64,000 nt of DNA, taken from assembly GCA_963674735.2 (NCBI GenBank), contig CAXXQS010000002.1, forward strand, positions 1,504,001-1,568,000, read 5' to 3'. The stretch's first letter is position 1. Every line of letters begins with the position of its first letter. This document shows positions 20,285-29,770 of this stretch, in pieces. Position numbers and translations under genes: made by a program. Under the pieces are notes generated by a model. It was not told where the DNA came from. It saw only the letters and a list, made by a program, of their open reading frames with translations, and ran no database searches. Source of the stretch: Myxococcota bacterium (lineage in GTDB: Bacteria > Myxococcota_A > SURF-8).

Positions 20285-20696
20285 ATTTCCGATCCAGTCC
20301 CTTTTCCAGTTTCCGGATCAGTTTGTCTTCGTTCTTCAATTCGCACTGCCAAACGACCATGACCTTCCATCCCAACTTCTTCAAGTCCTTCGCGTTTCGT
20401 TTGTCGCGTTCGACATTGGCCTTGAACTTGTCCTCCCAGAATTCGACGTTCGTCGCTGGCGTGGAAGCATATCTACATCGTGGGTGGCGGTGCCAGAAAC
20501 ATCCGTGGACGAAGATCACCGTTCGATACTTCGGAAGGACGATGTCGGGTTTCCCAGGAAGGTCTTTTCGGTGAAGACGGAATCGGTATCCCAGGCGGTG
20601 AAGGATGGATCGGACTTTGACTTCGGGTTTGGTATTCTTTCCTTTGACCGCCCCCATGATGCGGGAACGATCTTCTTTGGAAAAGACATCGGGCAT
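20283..20696 (-). CDS. vsr: Very short patch repair endonuclease
   Basis: RSRIM..VKGKNTKPE, LPGKPDIV, FVHGCFWH, VWQCE. Confidence 0.95.
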   Translation of the reverse strand: MPDVFSKEDRSRIMGAVKGKNTKPEVKVRSILHRLGYRFRLHRKDLPGKPDIVLPKYRTVIFVHGCFWHRHPRCRYASTPATNVEFWEDKFKANVERDKRNAKDLKKLGWKVMVVWQCELKNEDKLIRKLEKGLDRK

Positions 20697-20704
20697 CTTT
20701 GAAG

Positions 20705-22813
20705 TCAGTTTTCTTCGGGGTCCAGTTCCTTGAATTCAACATCCGTTGGACCTACACCCATTTTTCTCGGCTCTTTCCCTCTGTGGGCTGTCCCCAGGTC
20801 TAACATTCTTCGGGTTTGGGCGACCTCGGTAATTTTCCGATGGAACCAATTCCCGTCAACATTCCCGATTAGAACGTCCCTGTAATGTTCATAATGATTG
20901 CGTACTCTTTCAAAAACATCTTTCCATAGAAGAATGTCCAGATCTTTTCGTTCCTTCCAGGTCTGAAGGTCTTCCACTTCAAGCGCGGGTTCCTGTCCAC
21001 AAATGAAGACCATATGGAAGTCACCCCTTCTGGATTTCTTCAGCCGGGATTTATATTTTTCGAGTCTATGAAGTTCATCCAATTCGGCGATATGTCCAGA
21101 CCGTTTAATCTCGATAACGACATACTTCCCATCGCCTTCCAGGGCGAGGAAATCATATCGTAATTTTTCATTCGGATCGGAGACGTCTTCTGCGTTCCAT
21201 TCTTTGAGTTGTTTTGTTAAGGATTTTTCTTCGGATAGTACCTGCCATTCAGGATTCAGAAGCCAAGGATACCATGCCAGAAGATCGTGAAGATTGTCGT
21301 CCGTCAATGAAGATGGTGTTTCGGGGGCATCATTGACCAACATGTCGTCGAACTTTTCGATGATATTCAATCGGCCTTGAACGATTTCAAGGATCGCCCG
21401 ACTTTCCAACACTTGCCAACTCCCAAGTTTTTCAAGAAATTCGGCAAGTTTCTCCGGCTCGTCTTCACTCGCGACTTCGTTGATGTCGTCAATCAGATCG
21501 TGAAACTGCCTGAACTCGAAGGCCCGAATCAACGAATCTGCCAAATCGCGGGTTTTTTCCTTTTTCCTGTCCGATTTGCTCAGGATCTTCAGGAAACTTT
21601 CCACTTGTTTATGAGAAGTGGAATCCATCCGATTCATACGCGAAATAAAGTCTTCATCGTTCAAAAGGTAGTATTCGGTGTCACGTCCAACCAAATCGGC
21701 ACACCACCGAATCGCAGCACGGCTAGTACGTTGCCCCCACACTTTGAAATCATCTAACCGATCCTCTTCCCACTTCAACGATTGACGGTCGGTGGATATC
21801 AAATCGCCATCATCGGTATCATCGGAATCGACGAAGTCCGCATGTATTTCTCCTGAAAGATACCTGGTTCCGAATTGGCCCGAAGCCGTAGCTTCTACTT
21901 CGAAAAAGAAATCCGGAGACTGAACCATCTTCCCATTCGCATATATTATGAATCCACGGTATTCTTTGTTTTTCAGTGGACTATCGGCACATCCGTAGCG
22001 GTAAAGTATTTTTTCGCCACTCGGTAATTCATGGGACAAGTATAAAAACTCTCGGCCATCGGTGACTTCCACTTTCTCTGTTACTTCATTTTCCTCGGAA
22101 GGCACTTCTTCCAGGAACGATAATTCGGGTTCCTTTACTTCATTGCCGTTGACGTAGATTTTCATTTGGCCCCGAACTCTTCGACCGAACATCCGAGCCA
22201 ATGCCACACTCAGCGTTTCTTCGTCCAACGGTGTTTTGTGCTTCAACGACTTCAATGTCACTATGGTTCCGTTCGACCCCAATCCTTCAGCATCTTTTTC
22301 AATTCCTCCGATCGGAACTTGGGTGACATCTTCCTCGCCTTCACCACCGTATAGTTTACTTTTGTCCCAGTCGAACTCGATAACCTTTCCATTCTTCCAG
22401 GTCTTAATCGCCATCGCATCGGCGATTCCGAATCCACCAAGTTTCCCTAGTCCTTTTCGACCAATAACCGGCCTTTCGGGATTACCACTGTCTTGTCCTT
22501 CTGCGCGTCTGTTTCTGCCGACAACCAGATATTGGTCCTGGACAGCACCCTCGTTCATGCCGCAACCATCATCCTTGATGATGATTTCCGACTTTTCCAC
22601 ATTCAGTATTCTCTTTGATGGATCATTCGGATCATCCATGAATGAGTTTTTCAATTCGATCTCGACAATGTTTGCACCGGCATCCCATGAGTTCGATACG
22701 AGTTCGGCAATCGCCATATCGCGACGCTTGTACAACTGCACCCCTAGATGATGGAGGGTCTTCCCAAGGACTCTTAAATGGAATTCGACTTTTCGTTCGG
22801 AACGATCAGACAT
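20705..22813 (-). CDS. GHKL (MORC/MutL-like) ATPase fused to C-terminal PD-(D/E)XK nuclease
   Basis: ELVSNSWDA, DDGCGM, GRKGLGKLGGFG, GTIVTL; C-terminal YDFLAL...VVIEIKR. Confidence 0.82.
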   Translation of the reverse strand: MSDRSERKVEFHLRVLGKTLHHLGVQLYKRRDMAIAELVSNSWDAGANIVEIELKNSFMDDPNDPSKRILNVEKSEIIIKDDGCGMNEGAVQDQYLVVGRNRRAEGQDSGNPERPVIGRKGLGKLGGFGIADAMAIKTWKNGKVIEFDWDKSKLYGGEGEEDVTQVPIGGIEKDAEGLGSNGTIVTLKSLKHKTPLDEETLSVALARMFGRRVRGQMKIYVNGNEVKEPELSFLEEVPSEENEVTEKVEVTDGREFLYLSHELPSGEKILYRYGCADSPLKNKEYRGFIIYANGKMVQSPDFFFEVEATASGQFGTRYLSGEIHADFVDSDDTDDGDLISTDRQSLKWEEDRLDDFKVWGQRTSRAAIRWCADLVGRDTEYYLLNDEDFISRMNRMDSTSHKQVESFLKILSKSDRKKEKTRDLADSLIRAFEFRQFHDLIDDINEVASEDEPEKLAEFLEKLGSWQVLESRAILEIVQGRLNIIEKFDDMLVNDAPETPSSLTDDNLHDLLAWYPWLLNPEWQVLSEEKSLTKQLKEWNAEDVSDPNEKLRYDFLALEGDGKYVVIEIKRSGHIAELDELHRLEKYKSRLKKSRRGDFHMVFICGQEPALEVEDLQTWKERKDLDILLWKDVFERVRNHYEHYRDVLIGNVDGNWFHRKITEVAQTRRMLDLGTAHRGKEPRKMGVGPTDVEFKELDPEEN

Positions 22814-22823
22814 TCATTTGTCC

Positions 22824-23861
22824 TTAAAATGTAAGATGTTTTCTAATCTGGTTGGCCTGTCGTCGAATGAACTCCGGTGGAAGAGCGTTGCCGATCATTT
22901 GGCCGGCTCCGGTCTTTCCCTTGGCCAACGAAAAATAGTAGTTCCTGGGAAACGTCTGTAAGAGAGCCGCTTCCCGTAGGGAGATCGCACGATCTTCTTC
23001 TGGATGAAGGAAACGCCCCTTTGAGGGATTGAAGCACCCACTGGTTATCGTCGACGACACACGGTCCCACCACAGTCGCCCATAGACATCTTTGAACCCA
23101 GGGCATTTCTTGTGGCATTCCAGTTGCCATTCTTCGGGAAGATCCATTCGACTACCACCATCCTTCGGAACCAATCGGATCAGTTGACGGGTCTTCTCCG
23201 TCCTTTTTTCGCCGATGTCATGAAGGGGATCTTCACTTTCGCCGACAGGGGGAAGTCCCTCTATCGCTTGGCGGACCGTGAAGGTTTTAGAGGATTTTCT
23301 GGCGAATCGAATCTTTCCTGTTTTCGATGCCAGAAGGATCAATCGCTTCCTTCTTTGTGGGACGCCGAAATTGGAGGCGTCGAACACCTTCCTTCTGACC
23401 GAATAACCGATGCCTTCAAGGTCGGCCATGAATTTGTCAAGACGTTCATCCGTTGCGAGTCCGGGGACGTTCTCCATCATGACTGCTTCGGGCTGCATCG
23501 TTTCGATGAACCTGAAGAAATCGAACACCAGATCGTTCCTGGGATCGTCCACCGATCCGGGTCTGTTCAGGGTTCTCATGGATGAAAACCCCTGACAAGG
23601 TGGACACCCCGCGAGTAACGACAATTCACCCTGTTTCAGACCCAAATCGTTCATGACCGCTTCGGGATCAAGTTTGGTGATATCTTCTTTCCAAACCTTC
23701 ACTTCAGGATGATTCACTCTATAAGTGTCGACTGCGAGGGGTTCGATTTCGATCGCCCCTTTTACATCGAATCCGGCCTGTTTCAGGCCAAGGGTCAACC
23801 CGCCCGCCCCGCAGAACAGGTCGACCGCACACAACTTCGTTTTTTTCTTTCTTCTACCCAT
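22824..23861 (-). CDS. dcm: DNA (cytosine-5)-methyltransferase
   Basis: DLFCGAGG, GCPPCQGFS, MENVPG, VPQRRKR, REAALLQTFP, IGNALPP. Confidence 0.95.
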   Translation of the reverse strand: MGRRKKKTKLCAVDLFCGAGGLTLGLKQAGFDVKGAIEIEPLAVDTYRVNHPEVKVWKEDITKLDPEAVMNDLGLKQGELSLLAGCPPCQGFSSMRTLNRPGSVDDPRNDLVFDFFRFIETMQPEAVMMENVPGLATDERLDKFMADLEGIGYSVRRKVFDASNFGVPQRRKRLILLASKTGKIRFARKSSKTFTVRQAIEGLPPVGESEDPLHDIGEKRTEKTRQLIRLVPKDGGSRMDLPEEWQLECHKKCPGFKDVYGRLWWDRVSSTITSGCFNPSKGRFLHPEEDRAISLREAALLQTFPRNYYFSLAKGKTGAGQMIGNALPPEFIRRQANQIRKHLTF

Positions 23862-24022
23862 TCGCGTCTCGGAATCATAGATAACAGTGCGATAATTCTA
23901 CCAATTTGACGCTTTCAACGCAAGAGAAAGCGTTTTCCCACGTCGGGATTCATCCCTTATACCGGAATCGGTGCCGATTCTCAAAGAAATCACCCAAATC
24001 CCCCGCACAGGGTGAAAGGAAA

Positions 24023-24424
24023 CTAGGGTTTCTTCTTTTTGAATTTGGCGGAACCATGACCGATGTGATCAGTCAATTTTTCATCGACATCACGAAGGAC
24101 TTCTCCTGTCTCCTGATCGACAACCAATTCACGATATCGGTTACCATCCTTGTCGGTAATCCTGGTCTTATCCACCCACTTGTCCTTGTCGATCCTCTTT
24201 TCTTCCCCTATGATTTGTTCATGCCGAATCTTCTTTTTCGAGGGCTTGGAATCGTCTTTCAGTCTTGTGCGAGTCCATTCACGGGGTTTGGGAATCGTTT
24301 CCTCAAAGAATGTCTGAATTTTCAGTTTAGAACTGCCACAATATGGACATTGTTCTGGCGGATTACTTAACGGACCATCAAGTTCCTTTTCACATTCCCT
24401 GCAAAACATTTTGAATTCACTCAT
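24023..24424 (-). CDS. Zn-ribbon hypothetical protein
   Basis: CREC...CPYCG; C-terminal LTDHIGHGSAK; start overlaps the upstream gene stop. Confidence 0.7.
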   Translation of the reverse strand: MSEFKMFCRECEKELDGPLSNPPEQCPYCGSSKLKIQTFFEETIPKPREWTRTRLKDDSKPSKKKIRHEQIIGEEKRIDKDKWVDKTRITDKDGNRYRELVVDQETGEVLRDVDEKLTDHIGHGSAKFKKKKP

Positions 24425-25499
24425 AATATCCTCCGAGCTTCTTTATCGTCGAATCGTATCGCCGCTTGATCCCGACCGTCGGGTCAAGATCCAGGGCAGA
24501 CTTCCACAAGCCGACCGCCGTTTCCAGGTCGCCTTCGGCGTGGGCGATCTCCCCCTTGAACCGAAGGAAACGGGCCTTCCAGTTCGGCTCGAACGTTTCC
24601 ACATCCCCTTCCACCGAAGCCAAACGTTCTTTCGCTTCGTCGATCTTCGGTGGCTTCTGTTTCAGGGCATCCCATGCCCCATCGATGAATTTGACGTACG
24701 GGGGAATATGAAGGACATGTTCGTTCCAGGCGTCTTCGAATCCCGGTGGGAGTTCCCCTTTGGGACCGAACGGGAATAAAAGTCGTTCTCCATCGTCCTT
24801 CCGAATCACGGCGCATATCCGGTCTTCGTCGAAATCGATCCTGTCCCAGAAGTCCGCCTTCCAAATCTGTTTGCCGGTACTCGCTTCCAGATAGAAAGTC
24901 TTCCCCGAATGCGGTTCATGGTCGCTGTTGGCCGTACACACGAACACCCTGGACGAATCCGGCGAAAACCCAGACGTGTAGATATTGGCCTTGTAGTGCT
25001 TCGCCCACAGTCGATTCCCTTCCTTGTCGAAGGCCAACAGCGCCCCGGACAGGTTTTCATCTTTCCAGTCTTCCACGATCACCATACCGTCGTCGGTGAC
25101 ATGGGCATTGTTCGCCCGATTGATGGTCTTGACGAACAGCGGTCGATTCGATCCCGATTCGAAAAGGGCGCACTTGCCCTTGATACGTCGGTCGTTTTCA
25201 TAGTGATGATCCGACGATCCGACGATGAAGCGACCGTTCGGTGAAACGTGATCCTTCATCACGAACCCGTCGCGGGAAATGGACAGAAAGTCTTCACCAA
25301 AATCGGAACCGGGATCGGATGTCGGAACCCTTCGATCGGAAGTCGAAGGTGACGGTATTCCCCGCGCCTGGGACTGTGACTCCATCGATCGCTTCAACAT
25401 ACCGTAAATGGCGATCGGGAAAAATACGATGAACAGAACGACCAACAACAGGTCGTTGTCGTACCATTTTCTAGTTTCTGGTTGAATCGTCATCTTCAT
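24417..25499 (-). CDS. Membrane-anchored beta-propeller + TPR protein
   Basis: N-terminal TM (LLLVVLFIVFFPIAIYGML); SPNGRF, DKEGNRLW, STGKQIW repeats; C-terminal TPR (GEIAHAEGD...ALDLDP). Confidence 0.65.
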   Translation of the reverse strand: MKMTIQPETRKWYDNDLLLVVLFIVFFPIAIYGMLKRSMESQSQARGIPSPSTSDRRVPTSDPGSDFGEDFLSISRDGFVMKDHVSPNGRFIVGSSDHHYENDRRIKGKCALFESGSNRPLFVKTINRANNAHVTDDGMVIVEDWKDENLSGALLAFDKEGNRLWAKHYKANIYTSGFSPDSSRVFVCTANSDHEPHSGKTFYLEASTGKQIWKADFWDRIDFDEDRICAVIRKDDGERLLFPFGPKGELPPGFEDAWNEHVLHIPPYVKFIDGAWDALKQKPPKIDEAKERLASVEGDVETFEPNWKARFLRFKGEIAHAEGDLETAVGLWKSALDLDPTVGIKRRYDSTIKKLGGYYE

Positions 25500-25550
25500 C
25501 CAATCGCTGGCAAAGAATTCAAGATTTCTTCTTCTCCTATCTCAAACCGT

Positions 25551-26213
25551 CTATCTTCTTCTCCACGGAGATTTGTATCTTCCATTATTGGTCTGGTGGT
25601 ATTCTGCAAGATGGTCGGCAAGGTAATTGTCAACTATTACTATGATTTTCTCGATATCATCGCGATAGGAAATCAGATCGGGAATCTTGACATAGTTTGC
25701 TCCAGAACCTTGGTGGGCAATATCCCCCCTGACACCAACAAATTCATCCAGATCGGGATAAGTCCCATCCCACGAATCAGAAATACTTTCAATACCCAAA
25801 AATCTCTTGAATAGCTTATCAAGGTGTTCTTTTTTTGGCGTATTCAACTTGTCTACTTGATATTGGGCGACTTCTTGTAGAAGATTAACCCACCCATCCC
25901 CCGCAAGCTCAAAAGGTTTCAGTTCATGTTTACTTTCTTTAACGTAGGTGGACAAGTATCTCTTTACAGGAACAGGAATGTTGTCGGGGCTGGAAGTGGA
26001 ATCGATCATTTTCTTAAGACTTTCGAGCAAAACACTTTCCATGTACTGTTCCCAGGCAGCACAAAGCATAACGACCCCGCTACGGGTGATATGTCCCAGT
26101 CCTCGTCTTCCTCTTCCACTATCGCTTAGGAAGGAATGGGTATTGATTAGCTTGTCAACATCAACTACTAGGGTCTTCTCAAAAGTCGAGAGAGCTTCCG
26201 ATGGCATCTCCAC
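25551..26213 (-). CDS. HEPN domain protein (RiboL-PSP-HEPN-like)
   Basis: RSGVVMLCAAWEQYME N-terminal motif; RGDIAH (RxxxxH) RNase motif. Confidence 0.8.
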   Translation of the reverse strand: MEMPSEALSTFEKTLVVDVDKLINTHSFLSDSGRGRRGLGHITRSGVVMLCAAWEQYMESVLLESLKKMIDSTSSPDNIPVPVKRYLSTYVKESKHELKPFELAGDGWVNLLQEVAQYQVDKLNTPKKEHLDKLFKRFLGIESISDSWDGTYPDLDEFVGVRGDIAHQGSGANYVKIPDLISYRDDIEKIIVIVDNYLADHLAEYHQTNNGRYKSPWRRR

Positions 26214-26356
26214 CCCCTGGTGATGAATGGAACGATTCCTCGCTCAGAGTCTAAATTCATTTTTGCGCCAAGTGTAAACGGTCGATGACCGGAGCATACC
26301 GAATTCAAGTGTGTCCGTCAAAACAATCGCATTCACAAAAAATAGAGTATGAATAA

Positions 26357-28816
26357 TCACCGCACACACCTGATCCCGGCGACTTCGGTCTTTGTCTTGT
26401 CCACGGTCTGTCCCGTCTCGAAGTCGACCGCCTTCGCGTATCGTGGTTCGTAGGGGTCGGATGTCGACGACCAGAACACTTCCGACGGCATGGACGGGAA
26501 GGTGGACGCCGGATCGTATTCGTTGAACTTCACGATGGACCATAGTTCCTTGACGTTCGGAAGTCGCCAGTCGGTGTAACCGCCGATCGTCGCCGACTCG
26601 CAATAGGACAGGGTGTCTTCCCACGAATAGTCGGTCGGATCGATCGATGGCCATCGCTGCCAGTGAAGACCAGTTCCCAAGTCGAAGATCACGGAACTTT
26701 GATAGACATACCGGGACTCGAAACCGGCTTCCGACCACGACGGATGGTTTCGGACACATCGGACATTGAACCCTGTGTCACGATCGGACCACCCCAACGC
26801 GCCCGATCCTGTGTTCACGAACCACCCATAGCCTTCGTACCAGGACGAATCGACCACGGTCGACGTCCAGAAAACACCACCCGAATCCGGGAACGCCACC
26901 GGGTCCAAACTCTTTGATCCGCCGAATTCCAGAAGGGTGATCCATTCGTGGGCGGTCGGAAGTTTCCAGTCCGAATATCCGGCATAAGTCAGACCGCTAC
27001 AGAACGAAACGGCGTCCGACCTGGACATGGTCGACGTCGCCGAAATCTGCGTCCAGACGAATCCGGTCACGCTTTCGACCACCACCGGGTCGCCCATCAC
27101 GGTTTCCACATAGATCGCCCGTGGAATGTCCTGATACTGCCCGTCCTGGCCGCAATATTGGGTAATGCTACAGGCCGACCCACCGGCCTCGCCCGGACAG
27201 GGAATCCGATACCATTCGCCATAACAGGCGGTCTGACCGGTCGGCGTCACCGGCCACAGACCTTCGGACCGTTCCGTCGCCTCGAATCCGCCACAGTTCG
27301 GATAGACACCCGGTGCGCCTTCCTCGCACTGTCCACAGTCCGATCCCGTGAAGTTGTCCAGACAGTCGCATCCCCCGGTGTCCGGAAGACAGACCCCGTG
27401 CCCCTCGCAACCGACCGCCCAAGTTCGCTCACAGGAACCGTCCAGACACACGTTCGGACCGGTACACAGACCGTCGTTTCCGCACGGTGTGTCGTCCGGG
27501 GAATCGACGACCGAACATCCCCCTTCGCCGTCGCACTCGCTCGATTCCTGGCATTCCGCAGGGGCGCAGGAATAGGGGATCGCCCCCTGACACACACCTT
27601 CCGAATCGCAATAGTCCGCCTTCGTGCAGGGATTTCCGTCGTCGCACTCCGAATACGTTTCCTTCGGAACCCATTCGTTCGAAGCCGAATCGCACTTTTG
27701 ACACGAATCATCGGGGTTCCATTGTCCATCGGCGAAACAGGTGTCGCCGATCAAACACATCGTTTCGATCCGATCGTGAAGACAAATTCCCGATCCGTCG
27801 CAGTGGTCGTCGGTACAGTCCTTTCCGTCCGATTCGCATGAAGTCGCGTTGTCCGGGAAGGCGACCACACAGGTATTCGATCCGTCACAACTCCGATCGG
27901 CTCCGCATATCCCCGGACCATCTTCACAAACGATCGGTGTTCCGCCACAGGTTCCACCATCGCAATGATCGCCATAAGTACAGGGATCGGAGTCGTTGCA
28001 GGTTTCCGATTCGGGCTTCGAGGCCCATCCATTCGTTTCCGAATCGCACCATCGGCATTCGTTGTCCGGATGGTTTTCATGATGGACATAACAGGTTCCG
28101 CCGATCAGGCAGAATCCATCCTGGATCGGATGGACGCAATCGTGGTCCGCATCGCACACATCATCGGTACAAGAGAAATCGTCCGTTTCTTGAAGACAGT
28201 CCGATCCGACCGACAACCATTCTCCTTCCGAACAACATGGTCCACCCTCGCATTCGGGTGGATCGGTTTCTTCTGGATCTTGGTCTTCGTCGACGGATTC
28301 TTCCGACTCCGTGTCCGGTTCCGGGTCTGGATCGACGTCTGGATCGGCTTCGATCTCGGAATCTTCTTCCCGCTCCGGGTCCGGATCGCTATCGACCCGA
28401 TCCGTGTCCCCTTCATCCGACTCCGAATCCAGATCACCATCGGGGGAAGAATCTTCATCGTTCTCAAAACCCCCGTTTTCGGAATCCCCTTCAAGATCGC
28501 CGTCGGTATCGTTGACATCGTCAAGATCCGACTCCGACAATTCCACTTCATCGAATTCGCCTTCTGACGATCGATCGTCGTCAGGGGTATCCAGATCCCC
28601 GTCCAAACCCGGATCGTCGCTCACACAGGCATTCTGACGGCATTTCAGGCCATCGACGCACGTTCCGTCGTCGTAACAAGGACACCCTTCCGTTCCGGCT
28701 GGACACGACTCGTCAAGATCGCCGTCTGAAGACGGACTACCGACCTGCGAAGACCCGGAACATGAATACATTCCGAGAAGAATCAATAGGGATAGGATCG
28801 AAAGGTATTTCGTCAT
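26357..28816 (-). CDS. Cys-rich lipoprotein with acidic DGD linker and two DUF1566 (Lcl C-terminal) domains
   Basis: Lipobox MYSC; CDDGNPCT-type repeats; TGQTACY..GQDGQY; WKLPT/WRLPN, FWTST/FWSST and VRCVR/IRCVR duplicated. Confidence 0.85.
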   Translation of the reverse strand: MTKYLSILSLLILLGMYSCSGSSQVGSPSSDGDLDESCPAGTEGCPCYDDGTCVDGLKCRQNACVSDDPGLDGDLDTPDDDRSSEGEFDEVELSESDLDDVNDTDGDLEGDSENGGFENDEDSSPDGDLDSESDEGDTDRVDSDPDPEREEDSEIEADPDVDPDPEPDTESEESVDEDQDPEETDPPECEGGPCCSEGEWLSVGSDCLQETDDFSCTDDVCDADHDCVHPIQDGFCLIGGTCYVHHENHPDNECRWCDSETNGWASKPESETCNDSDPCTYGDHCDGGTCGGTPIVCEDGPGICGADRSCDGSNTCVVAFPDNATSCESDGKDCTDDHCDGSGICLHDRIETMCLIGDTCFADGQWNPDDSCQKCDSASNEWVPKETYSECDDGNPCTKADYCDSEGVCQGAIPYSCAPAECQESSECDGEGGCSVVDSPDDTPCGNDGLCTGPNVCLDGSCERTWAVGCEGHGVCLPDTGGCDCLDNFTGSDCGQCEEGAPGVYPNCGGFEATERSEGLWPVTPTGQTACYGEWYRIPCPGEAGGSACSITQYCGQDGQYQDIPRAIYVETVMGDPVVVESVTGFVWTQISATSTMSRSDAVSFCSGLTYAGYSDWKLPTAHEWITLLEFGGSKSLDPVAFPDSGGVFWTSTVVDSSWYEGYGWFVNTGSGALGWSDRDTGFNVRCVRNHPSWSEAGFESRYVYQSSVIFDLGTGLHWQRWPSIDPTDYSWEDTLSYCESATIGGYTDWRLPNVKELWSIVKFNEYDPASTFPSMPSEVFWSSTSDPYEPRYAKAVDFETGQTVDKTKTEVAGIRCVR

Positions 28817-28842
28817 GGGCGCACCTGCCAGAATTCAGAGTT

Positions 28843-29073
28843 AAAAAAAGGGCGACGTGCAGCCAGGCGAGCCCACCACACGCGCCCCCCTGAAGAGCGC
28901 GCGCGGGTGCCACCCACGCACGGTACAGGTGCGCTGTGACTCGCCTGTTTGTCTGTCCGATCGGATTCGATCCTTCCCGATCACGGTTGGCTAGACCGCC
29001 GGTCCCTTCAGGGACAGGGAAGAAACGGATTCGACGAACATTTGGAGTATATCAGGGAAGGTATGGAAGGCAA
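28843..29073 (-). promoter_or_regulatory. Promoter plus structured 5' leader with terminator/antiterminator upstream of the DUF1566 gene
   Basis: TTGCCT-16 bp-TATACT with TG extension (29073-29046); hairpin 28887-28850 followed by U7; competing strand CAGGCGAGUCAC at 28947-28936. Confidence 0.6.
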
Positions 29074-29117
29074 ACGGAAATCTGGAACAATACAAACGGT
29101 CCCTATCGTTTGAGATT

Positions 29118-29405
29118 TTAGATGGGATTTTCGTCTTGGTGAAGGTGATAAGGAGTCAACACCAAAGAGTACTTGTACCGAGTTGCACCGGCTCTCTCGG
29201 CGGATGAAACAATGGCCTTTTTGCAGTATTCGAGCACATCATCGTATTCCTGGCCAAGACCGGGACTATAGGCGTATGCCATTGATTTGTCAGCACAACG
29301 GTTCAGACCCGAATGAGCCATTATGTTGTCAAATTCTTTTTCAATATAGTTCCCATCAAGGTCAATCACTATCAGAACGGTTAGATCATCTTGTGACGGC
29401 ATCAT
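29118..29405 (-). CDS. Hypothetical protein
   Basis: AAGGAG SD; 95-aa ORF co-oriented with its neighbours. Confidence 0.55.
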   Translation of the reverse strand: MMPSQDDLTVLIVIDLDGNYIEKEFDNIMAHSGLNRCADKSMAYAYSPGLGQEYDDVLEYCKKAIVSSAERAGATRYKYSLVLTPYHLHQDENPI

Positions 29406-29457
29406 TCTACTCCTTGAATTTCTAATTCTATGTAGTCTGAATTATCTCATACCATGT

Positions 29458-29712
29458 TCAATACATCAACTCGAAACCACCTCCTTCTTCTTCCTGCCAT
29501 TGTTCGGCGACCGACTTCGCCTCTTTCAAAGTCGGGATCACTGCGGACTTATGGATCTTCGTATCTCCATCGTCGGCCATGAACATCTTCATGATTCCAT
29601 ATCCGCGACCGGATTCGTACCGACCCTTTTTCGTTCCCAGAACGATGCTCAGAGTTCCCCCCGAAACATCTTTCCGAAAGATCTTCAAGTCCGGGTCTGG
29701 CATGGAAGTCAT
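29458..29712 (-). CDS. Hypothetical protein
   Basis: AAAGGA SD; 84-aa ORF co-oriented with its neighbours. Confidence 0.55.
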   Translation of the reverse strand: MTSMPDPDLKIFRKDVSGGTLSIVLGTKKGRYESGRGYGIMKMFMADDGDTKIHKSAVIPTLKEAKSVAEQWQEEEGGGFELMY

Positions 29713-29770
29713 CGATAGATCCTTTCCGAAAACAGGTCATGAAATCATGGTTCGATCGTATCCGCAGAAA

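Noticed and set aside
26357-29100. Diversity-generating retroelement targeting the DUF1566 protein
   Set aside because: No reverse transcriptase, Avd or adenine-variant template repeat seen in the window; the two DUF1566 copies are too diverged to be a TR/VR pair
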